From positions 1,886 to 65,885 of the forward strand of contig CAYJCR010000004.1 in the NCBI GenBank assembly GCA_964368755.1: a stretch of 64,000 nucleotides of DNA. Reading direction: 5' to 3'. This DNA is from an uncultured Lachnospiraceae bacterium. GTDB lineage: Bacteria > Bacillota > Clostridia > Christensenellales > UBA1242. Below the pieces are notes generated by a model that worked only from the letters and a program-made list of their open reading frames with translations, ran no database searches and was not told the DNA's origin. Position numbers and translations under genes: made by a program. How positions within the stretch are numbered: position 1 is the stretch's first letter; each line of letters starts with the position of its first letter. This document shows positions 18,672-25,178 of the stretch, one piece after another.

Positions 18672-18711
18672 GCGGGAGTGGCTATAGACGGTAGAGCGTT
18701 GCCTTGCCAAG
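18672..18711 (+). pseudogene. Truncated 5'-half copy of tRNA-Gly(GCC)
   Basis: GCGGGAGTGGCTATAGACGGTAGAGCGTTGCCTTGCCAAG matches the first ~38 nt of the intact gene at 18760, apart from a disrupted D-loop. Similarity is lost after the anticodon loop, and there is no T-arm or 3' acceptor strand. Confidence 0.8.
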
Positions 18712-18759
18712 ACAGAATGAGCATTGTACCAAGATAGACATAATAGAGTATATATTTAT

Positions 18760-18834
18760 GCGGGAGTGGCTCAGTGGTAGAGCGTTGCCTTGCCAAGGCA
18801 AATGTCGCGAGTTCGAATCTCGTCTTCCGCTCCA
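18760..18834 (+). tRNA. tRNA-Gly (anticodon GCC), CCA encoded
   Basis: GCGGGAGTGGCTCAGTGGTAGAGCGTTGCCTTGCCAAGGCAAATGTCGCGAGTTCGAATCTCGTCTTCCGCTCCA. It has a full cloverleaf and anticodon loop CTTGCCAAG. Confidence 0.93.
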
Positions 18835-19002
18835 GAAGTTTTACTTCGATTATTATGGTTGAGAGTTCCTTTGATTATTGCGACATTTGCAATTGGGGAC
18901 CCCAAATAAGTATTTGTGTAACAAAACTTTTTGGGGAGCGAAAGGATATATTGAAGCGTTGCAACTTTTTTAAAAAGTGCTTGCGAGATATAGAATTGAG
19001 CC

Positions 19003-19051
19003 GTCGCGAGTTCGTTTCTCTTTCCGCTCCAGAAGTTTTACTTCGATTATT
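19003..19051 (+). repeat. Duplicated 3' half of tRNA-Gly plus 20 nt of its downstream flank
   Basis: GTCGCGAGTTCGTTTCTCTTTCCGCTCCAGAAGTTTTACTTCGATTATT compares with GTCGCGAGTTCGAATCTCGTCTTCCGCTCCAGAAGTTTTACTTCGATTATT at 18804-18854. The T-loop is degraded (GAATC to GTTTC, one base lost). The spacer after it also resembles the spacer after the intact gene. Confidence 0.85.
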
Positions 19052-19101
19052 TGTGGACATTGTTCATATACAGAAGATTTTTGCGACTATTGTTTGATTG
19101 T

Positions 19102-19176
19102 GGCACCATCGCCAAGTGGTAAGGCAAAGGTCTGCAAAACCTTTATTCCCCGGTTCAAATCCGGGTGGTGCCTCCA
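19102..19176 (+). tRNA. tRNA-Cys (anticodon GCA), CCA encoded
   Basis: GGCACCATCGCCAAGTGGTAAGGCAAAGGTCTGCAAAACCTTTATTCCCCGGTTCAAATCCGGGTGGTGCCTCCA. Acceptor GGCACCA/TGGTGCC, anticodon loop CTGCAAA. Confidence 0.92.
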
Positions 19177-19186
19177 AACAATACAT

Positions 19187-19236
19187 ACCACCCTCGCTTG
19201 GGCCTATAGGAATAGGTAAGTGTAGGGTGGTGTTTT
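19187..19236 (+). terminator. Two-tier hairpin + short T-run between tRNA-Cys and tRNA-Leu (partial terminator or processing structure)
   Basis: Outer stem ACCACCCT / AGGGTGGT, inner stem CCTAT / ATAGG, followed by GTTTT. Confidence 0.35.
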
Positions 19237-19343
19237 AATTAACAAAGCAGTACATAATAGACCAATTATTTCAATTAACTATTACATAGGATATTCAACT
19301 TAATTAATTATTCCAACTTTTATCTACATAATATATTCATCAC

Positions 19344-19429
19344 GCCGTTGTGGTGGAATGGCAGACACAAGGGACTTAAAATCCCTCGGGGGCGACTCCG
19401 TGCCGGTTCGAGTCCGGCCAACGGCACCA
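19344..19429 (+). tRNA. tRNA-Leu (anticodon TAA), class II, CCA encoded
   Basis: GCCGTTGTGGTGGAATGGCAGACACAAGGGACTTAAAATCCCTCGGGGGCGACTCCGTGCCGGTTCGAGTCCGGCCAACGGCACCA. It has a long variable arm, anticodon loop CTTAAAA and acceptor GCCGTTG/CAACGGC. Confidence 0.92.
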
Positions 19430-19434
19430 AAAAG

Positions 19435-19463
19435 AATCTTAAAGTATTTTTAAGATTTTTTTT
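19435..19463 (+). terminator. Intrinsic terminator of tRNA operon
   Basis: Stem AATCTTAAA / TTTAAGATT, 5-nt loop, T-run. Confidence 0.7.
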
Positions 19464-19605
19464 ATATAAGTCAGAAGTAGTGGCTTATATCAATTCCATT
19501 ATTTACGTTAACTTCGTATATCATCATTAATATGAAAGATATTTTTTAAATTATACTTTAAATTCATATAAAAATATGTTATAATATACTTACGGAGAAA
19601 ACAAT

Positions 19606-20688
19606 ATGAATATTAGTGATATTAAGAAACTTCCAAAAATTGATTTGCATTTACATTTGCTTGGAAGTTTTTCGCGCAAAGATTTGTGGATTTTGTGTCA
19701 AAAATATCGTCCTGAATTGTCAAAAGAAGAGTTCAATAATATTTTTTCATATGAAGACTTTAATGACTTTTCTCGTGCTTGGAAGTTTAAAAACTCACTA
19801 ATAAAAACCTACGATGATTTTGAGTTTATTATGCAAGGATTTGTATCTGAGCTAAAAAAAGATAATATCATATATATTGAACCAGCCATCGCATTGTTTG
19901 AACTAAAAGACTTGGAACCGTTAAAACTTCTTAAGATTGCCTATGATGAGTTTAAAAAGAATGGAATTGAATTTTCTTTTATTATGGATTTGATAAGAGG
20001 CGATGGATTTGAAGAACTTTCCAAGCAATATGACTTTTACAAAAAGAATGCAAAAGAATACAACATAAGAGGCGTAGGATTAGCTGGAAACGAAGAAAAA
20101 CATGGACTTAGTGATGAGTTGTTGCCTATATTTAAACAAGCAAAAAAAGATGGCTTTGGGATAACCATTCATGCTGGGGAAGATTATGACGTTGATAATA
20201 TTGAAAAAGCAATTACTCAATTTGGAGCAGATAGACTTGGGCATGGGAATTTGATAAGAAGCTTTTATTCAGAAAAATACTATGACCTAATTGTTCAGAA
20301 TGGAGTCTGCGTTGAAGTATGTCCGTCAACGTATAATTCTTTTTACTGTAAAGGTTCATTAGTGAAAAATTACGGATATTTAACGAAAGGAACAGAACTG
20401 AATGACGTTTTGAACTCAAAAGAAAAATATAAAGTTTGCATTAACTCTGATGACAGAGGAATGTTCGGTGACAGTATGTGTGATATATTAGAAAAAATGA
20501 CAAGCACAGAAGGTTCAAATTGGTTGTATTACAAGCCAACGGGTTGTCAAATTGATATAAATGGATTGATTAAAATACAACAAATGGCAGTTGATTCGTC
20601 GTTTGCTACAAACGAAGTGAAAACAAAATTACATGAAAATATTAACGCGTATGAACAGAGTTTGCTCAGCCACAACCAAGATTGTTAA
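19606..20688 (+). CDS. Adenosine/adenine-deaminase-family metallohydrolase (divergent)
   Basis: ADA-family signature residues appear in order: KIDLHLHLLGS (HxH), ITIHAGE, RLGHGN, EVCPSTYNS, INSDDRGMF. Own extended -10 promoter (TGtTATAAT about 25 nt upstream). Visibly more AT-rich than the core genes. Confidence 0.65.
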   Translation: MNISDIKKLPKIDLHLHLLGSFSRKDLWILCQKYRPELSKEEFNNIFSYEDFNDFSRAWKFKNSLIKTYDDFEFIMQGFVSELKKDNIIYIEPAIALFELKDLEPLKLLKIAYDEFKKNGIEFSFIMDLIRGDGFEELSKQYDFYKKNAKEYNIRGVGLAGNEEKHGLSDELLPIFKQAKKDGFGITIHAGEDYDVDNIEKAITQFGADRLGHGNLIRSFYSEKYYDLIVQNGVCVEVCPSTYNSFYCKGSLVKNYGYLTKGTELNDVLNSKEKYKVCINSDDRGMFGDSMCDILEKMTSTEGSNWLYYKPTGCQIDINGLIKIQQMAVDSSFATNEVKTKLHENINAYEQSLLSHNQDC

Positions 20689-20999
20689 AGAAACATTATA
20701 GGTCAAGCATTACCTTATTCTGCTTTTACAGATATTGAGATTGATAAGTTAAGCAAATACGGAGTTCCTAGCATAAACTTATTTTCTTGCTTATCAGTAT
20801 TTAGATTTCTAGTAAAAACATCAAGAGATGTTACACTTTGCCAAGTTGTGCATAAAGAATAATCCTATGTATTATTTCATTTTGAATATTGAGACAGATT
20901 GATCTGTCAAAAGTTGAATGGGTTGATATTAACAAACATGCGATATTTTGTTGCACGATGAACTGGCAAAATGATATACTCAAATTGTGGAGAGAAGTT

Positions 21000-21320
21000 A
21001 TGGTTGGTAAGTTCAAAGTTATCACATTGTGTGGTAGTACAAGATTCAAAGATGATTTTTTTCGTGAGCAGAAGAGGTTGACATTGGAGGGAAATATTGT
21101 CATATCTGTGGGATTGTTTGGACACTCAGGTGACAATGAAGTATGGACTGAGGGCACCAAGGAGATGCTTGATGATATGCACAAGAGGAAGATCGATATG
21201 GCTGATGCGATTTTTGTCATCAACAAAGATGGATATGTCGGTTCTAGCACTAGGTCAGAGATAGAATATGCTAAGTCAACCAATAAGGAAGTATTATATA
21301 TGGAGCCAATTAACCAATAA
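21000..21320 (+). CDS. Small Rossmann-like protein, possibly nucleoside 2-deoxyribosyltransferase-like fold
   Basis: 106 aa from ATG 21000 (RBS GGAGAG; extended -10 TGaTATACT upstream). KVITLCGSTRF N-terminal strand-loop and YVGSSTRSEIEYA near the C-terminus resemble the phosphate-loop and catalytic-Glu motifs of the NDT/DNPH1 clan. The assignment is from memory of motif patterns only. Confidence 0.3.
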   Translation: MVGKFKVITLCGSTRFKDDFFREQKRLTLEGNIVISVGLFGHSGDNEVWTEGTKEMLDDMHKRKIDMADAIFVINKDGYVGSSTRSEIEYAKSTNKEVLYMEPINQ

Positions 21321-21357
21321 TAGCCTATTGTAGTTTAGTTCCAAAAAAGTTATATTA

Positions 21358-21383
21358 AGGCACATAGATTGTGTCTTTTTTTG
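21358..21383 (+). terminator. Intrinsic terminator
   Basis: Stem AGGCACA / TGTGTCT (one G-U pair), 5-nt loop, T-run. Confidence 0.6.
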
Positions 21384-21448
21384 TTAATTGTTGTATTTTA
21401 TAGACTAAAAATAATTTTTGTTGTATGATAAATATCAGGAGTAAATAT

Positions 21449-21805
21449 ATGAACGAAGAATATCTTGGTAAGGTTGTCCATGTAGTCATGGATAGACCTA
21501 TGGGAACCAAACACCCAAAACACAATTATCACTATCCAGTAAACTATGGCTACATACCAGGTACTGTGTCGGGCGATGGAGAAGAATTAGATGTCTATCT
21601 TCTTGGGGTATACAAACCTGTTGAGAGTTATGATGGCAAAGTCCTTGCGATTATACATAGAACTGATGATAATGAAGATAAGCTTGTGGTCGCTCCTGAA
21701 GGGAAGAATTATACCGATGAGCAGATTATGGCGATTACTGAGTTTCAAGAGCAGTACTTTGAGAGTCAGATAATAAGATCTGATTCGTTGCCAAAACTTG
21801 ATTAA
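21449..21805 (+). CDS. Truncated family-I inorganic pyrophosphatase-like protein
   Basis: 118 aa from ATG 21449 (RBS AGGAG). YPVNYGYIPGTVSGDGEELDVYLLG aligns with the E. coli PPase core [23 protein letters not shown], and KLVVAP with KLVAVP. It lacks roughly the N-terminal third of a canonical PPase. Confidence 0.6.
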   Translation: MNEEYLGKVVHVVMDRPMGTKHPKHNYHYPVNYGYIPGTVSGDGEELDVYLLGVYKPVESYDGKVLAIIHRTDDNEDKLVVAPEGKNYTDEQIMAITEFQEQYFESQIIRSDSLPKLD

Positions 21806-21819
21806 GTGGAGAAACAATT

Positions 21820-22596
21820 ATGAGATTTTTTGCACCATCATCGTATTATAATGCAAATGCACCTTATATATTCAATTGGGAGCATATATTACTTATAGTG
21901 ATCTCAGTTGCGTTAATAACACTGTTGGGTATTTTTATTCGCAAATCTAGTGACAAAACCGTCAAGAACTGGCTTATATCATTATGGGTTATTGAGGTGT
22001 TTTTTGAGTTTTTGAAAATAGGAATTAAGATATCCTATGATGGCTTTGGGGTCCTTATGACCAACACCCCTGTACATCTTAGTAGTTGGTTTATGTATGT
22101 TATGCCATTTGCAATATGGGGTAAGGGAAGAATCAAACACTATGCCTATGCAGTATTATCGACAATTATGCTGTTTGGTGGGCTCGTCAACTTTATCATT
22201 CCAAGCACATTATATGATTATCCTGCATTAACTTCTTTCTTCGGATTACATACGATGCTATATCATGTTATTATGGTTGCTACTGCAGTTATTATATGGG
22301 TCAAGTTGTATAAACCTGCAAAGTACGATTTTCTTGCCGTTATGGTAGCATTATGTATTATTAGTATTCCAGCGCTTATTTTTGACCTTATTACTGGTGC
22401 TGATTATATGTTTTTCTCGACTGGAGAGTCGACACCTCTTACTATTCTCAGTAATGTGATATTACCAAGGAAATGGTTGTGGATAATAATAATGTTTTTA
22501 CTATATTTTTTGCTAATAATAGTGATTTATGCGATTATATGGTCGGTACATTATGTTATCAATAAAATTAAATCTCGTAGTATCAAAAAAGCCTAA
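21820..22596 (+). CDS. Polytopic membrane protein (about 7 TM), possibly YwaF/TIGR02206-like
   Basis: 258 aa, hydrophobic throughout. The N-terminal pattern ...FNWEHILLIVISVALITLLGIF is reminiscent of the YwaF family. Translationally close to the PPase-like gene (RBS GTGGAG). Confidence 0.4.
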   Translation: MRFFAPSSYYNANAPYIFNWEHILLIVISVALITLLGIFIRKSSDKTVKNWLISLWVIEVFFEFLKIGIKISYDGFGVLMTNTPVHLSSWFMYVMPFAIWGKGRIKHYAYAVLSTIMLFGGLVNFIIPSTLYDYPALTSFFGLHTMLYHVIMVATAVIIWVKLYKPAKYDFLAVMVALCIISIPALIFDLITGADYMFFSTGESTPLTILSNVILPRKWLWIIIMFLLYFLLIIVIYAIIWSVHYVINKIKSRSIKKA

Positions 22597-22604
22597 TTAT
22601 TTGT

Positions 22605-22652
22605 ATAAAAAATACCCTTATTGACACTGTTATGTCATAGGGTATTTTTTTG
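22605..22652. terminator. Bidirectional intrinsic terminator
   Basis: A-run, outer stem AATACCCT / AGGGTATT, inner stem TGACA / TGTCA, T-run. It serves the + strand membrane gene and the - strand sORF. Confidence 0.65.
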
Positions 22653-22664
22653 TTATAAATAAAT

Positions 22665-22760
22665 TTAATTACAGCCTTTTGTAACTTTGCTACCACAATT
22701 TGAGCAGTTTCTGGTAGAAGTTTTTGCTTTTGCCGAGCTACTTGTTTGTTTGTTTCTCAT
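22665..22760 (-). CDS. Candidate 31-aa basic, Cys-containing small protein
   Basis: Minus-strand translation is MRNKQTSSSAKAKTSTRNCSNCGSKVTKGCN. Strong RBS GGAGGT lies 7 nt upstream, and the ORF ends just before the bidirectional terminator. Below the ORF-track length threshold. Confidence 0.4.
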   Translation of the reverse strand: MRNKQTSSSAKAKTSTRNCSNCGSKVTKGCN

Positions 22761-23074
22761 AGTATTACCTCCTTTGTGATTAGTTTTGCATATATTCAGC
22801 ACCTTATGCTTCACATTGAGTGGTAATAAATAACAATGGGATAATAATTAATATATAAAAAAATGTATTTATACAATACTTTTTGTAGTATATTCGTTTT
22901 ACAAAATATTATATTTATCGTATAATATACACATAGTATATTCATAGTGATAATATATACCAAAATATTATTTGCTATACAATCACTTATCCCATGGTTC
23001 ATCTATTGGCGCAACTTGTGTTGATCAGGGATGAATACAACTTACGACAAATAAATTATAAGGGAAGTAGTACC

Positions 23075-25108
23075 GTGAAGAAGAAGATTATAATTTTTTC
23101 ATCAATATTTGCAGTATTGATTGCTGGCATTACATGTTTGCTTGTATTTTTGTTGCCATCAAAAGGTGATGGAGATAATGGCAATAATAGTAGTGGTGGA
23201 GAAGTAATCGTAGATCCTGGGACAAAGCCAAATAATAACATTAAGTATGACGTGTATACTTCTGAGAATAAAGGATACTTTTTGAACCAAGTTGAAGATG
23301 TATTCAATGTTTCTCCAGAGACGCTATATCCTGGCTCAACTTCTTCTTGGAAAAAGAATTATTATAAGTCAAGTCTTGCTGGGCTTGTCAATGCATTTGA
23401 ACTTGCCGATGTTGATTTGGGGAAGTTTAAGAATCTTACAGATTTTATTGCAGAATATCCAACACTTATCGAAGACATCAACTTTAGTCTAAAAGGTATG
23501 ATAAATAGTGAGAATGTATCATTCTTGCAAGTAATGGAGATATTGTCAAGATTAGAGAATATCAACGGAATTTATCGTATTGTTACTGCATTCTACGATA
23601 CTGGCATAACAAATGAAGACATAGCCAATGTATTGTACTATTATATGCAGAATGAGTTGTCTCTACTTAATGAGTATAGACTAGACCTATATATGTCTCT
23701 TACTGAGTTCTATGATTCCCTTGGAGGATCTGTTAACTCGTTCTTGTATTCGACATTGTATGATATACTTCCTGCAATGTATTCAGGATTGCTTGATTCT
23801 GGCAAAGAAGAGTTTGTTGATATTACAATTGAAGTCCTTGATACAATCAATGTCTTTATGGAGATATACAAAGATTATAATTTCTACTCAATTGTCAATA
23901 TACTTACACTCATCAAGAATGGTGATCTTAAGCCTGAAGAATTGACTGTAATGACTCACGAGTTAGAGATTACAATTGATAGTATGATTGATAAAGAAAC
24001 TGGCAAAGCATTCAATATATCTAACAAAGTATTCACAATGGTATATTCTATTGCAAGCAAATTACCACTTGTACTCAATGTTGTATCTGAACTTGCAGGG
24101 TTGCCTAACATGACAGAAGTATTACCATATCTTGCGAACTCAATTAGTTCATCAGAAGAGTTCCTTAACCGTGCAGTGGTAGGACTAAAGAATGTTTTGT
24201 CTATGATTAACAATGAAGAGACAATATTTGTTAGAGATAGCGAAGGCAATGTAACAAAGAAGTTGTCTATGGCGCAAGCTTTATCAGAGCATTTGGCAAG
24301 TGTTGCTAGTGGAGAGAATGTTAATGCTAATAGCGATACGGTCATTCTTATTTCCAAAGTTTTGGCTCCAATGTTCAGAGACAACGCGTTGAACTCAACA
24401 TTCCTTAACAAGTTTATGACCGATGGCGGTGGAATATTTAGCTCAATGATAGGTCTTTTGGAAGCTTTTGGTTATCAGCCAGAAGAAGGACAAGAGATGA
24501 TAACTCGTACAGAGTTCGATAGCAATTATGCTACTTTCAAGGATGTCATAATATCCTTTGCTGACGTCATTACGATATATGCAAGTTATGACTTGGGAGT
24601 TTCTGAAGATGTGCTTATAGATATATCTCCATCGTATGTAATACTTGAGTCATACATCAGCAAATATCTAGTTGCTATTGTCAATGAAGATTTTGCATCG
24701 TTTGCGACATTGAGTTATCTATTAACAGTTGTTGTTGCGACTCCGTTACTCATAACAGCGACTCCATTGTTGTTGGCAGCAACTGTTGTTGCAGCCCCAA
24801 TATTTGCAGTATATAGTGCAGTTATTATCACTAAGGATTTTTCAGGAAGTGACGGGACAGCATCGTTTGGAACAGCGTTGACATCTGTATTTGCAGGTAT
24901 GTTTGGAAGAGCCAAAGATGAAGATGGCAACTATATTGCAGATAGTGAAGAGTTTGCACGACTCGGAGAGAGGTTATCTGAACAATTCGCAGGCATTATG
25001 CAAAGTTTAAGCTTGAAGAGGATTTTCCCAACGATAATCAATGCTTTTAGTGATACAGTTGAGAATGTCTTAGAGAAAATTATGTATTTTGAGTATGATA
25101 GAAGGTAA
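23075..25108 (+). CDS. Large membrane-anchored protein of unknown family, paralog 1 of 3
   Basis: Likely GTG start at 23075 (VKKKIIIFSSIFAVLIAGITCLLVFLL, an N-terminal TM anchor; RBS AGGGAAG); track start 22994 is possible but less likely. Long non-hydrophobic middle region, then a 45-aa hydrophobic block (LSYLLTVVVATPLLITATPLLLAATVVAAPIFAVYSAVII) and a 110-aa tail. Homologous over its full length to the next two genes. Confidence 0.75.
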   Translation: MKKKIIIFSSIFAVLIAGITCLLVFLLPSKGDGDNGNNSSGGEVIVDPGTKPNNNIKYDVYTSENKGYFLNQVEDVFNVSPETLYPGSTSSWKKNYYKSSLAGLVNAFELADVDLGKFKNLTDFIAEYPTLIEDINFSLKGMINSENVSFLQVMEILSRLENINGIYRIVTAFYDTGITNEDIANVLYYYMQNELSLLNEYRLDLYMSLTEFYDSLGGSVNSFLYSTLYDILPAMYSGLLDSGKEEFVDITIEVLDTINVFMEIYKDYNFYSIVNILTLIKNGDLKPEELTVMTHELEITIDSMIDKETGKAFNISNKVFTMVYSIASKLPLVLNVVSELAGLPNMTEVLPYLANSISSSEEFLNRAVVGLKNVLSMINNEETIFVRDSEGNVTKKLSMAQALSEHLASVASGENVNANSDTVILISKVLAPMFRDNALNSTFLNKFMTDGGGIFSSMIGLLEAFGYQPEEGQEMITRTEFDSNYATFKDVIISFADVITIYASYDLGVSEDVLIDISPSYVILESYISKYLVAIVNEDFASFATLSYLLTVVVATPLLITATPLLLAATVVAAPIFAVYSAVIITKDFSGSDGTASFGTALTSVFAGMFGRAKDEDGNYIADSEEFARLGERLSEQFAGIMQSLSLKRIFPTIINAFSDTVENVLEKIMYFEYDRR

Positions 25109-25119
25109 TTAACCTGCAG

Positions 25120-25152
25120 AGACCATCAGCAAGTAATATTGTATGGTGGTCT
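25120..25152 (+). other. Intercistronic hairpin without T-run (mRNA processing or stability element?)
   Basis: Stem AGACCATCA / TGGTGGTCT (9 bp, one G-U pair), 15-nt loop, between paralog 1 and paralog 2. Confidence 0.3.
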
Positions 25153-25178
25153 TACTGTAGTATAACAGAGGAAATTGT

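Noticed and set aside
18937-19034. Possible long (class II or Sec-like) tRNA ending at the 3' Gly fragment
   Set aside because: The 5' sequence GCGAAAGG does not pair with the 3' strand CTTTCCGC as an acceptor stem. No D-arm or anticodon arm can be drawn, and the middle is an A/T palindrome (ACTTTTTTAAAAAGT). It is better explained as a decayed duplication.
18455-19530. Several 60-107 aa track ORFs (18455-18694, 18774-19097, 18977-19219, 19348-19530)
   Set aside because: They read straight through the tRNA genes and their spacers. The region is a tRNA operon, not protein-coding.
20689-20999. 311-nt gap after the deaminase gene, considered as a pseudogene or ncRNA
   Set aside because: There is only an in-frame open stretch of 57 codons with no start and no recognisable similarity. 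The distal part holds a promoter-like TTGCAC-18-TGaTATACT for the next gene. Evidence is insufficient for a separate feature.
22994-23074. 27-codon N-terminal extension of paralog 1 (MVHLLAQLVLIRDEYNLRQINYKGSST)
   Set aside because: The ATG at 22994 has no SD and lies only about 10 nt after a likely -10 box (TACAAT, about 22978-22983). GTG 23075 has an AGGGAAG RBS and begins the KKK plus TM anchor exactly as in paralog 2. The longer form is kept only as an alternative.
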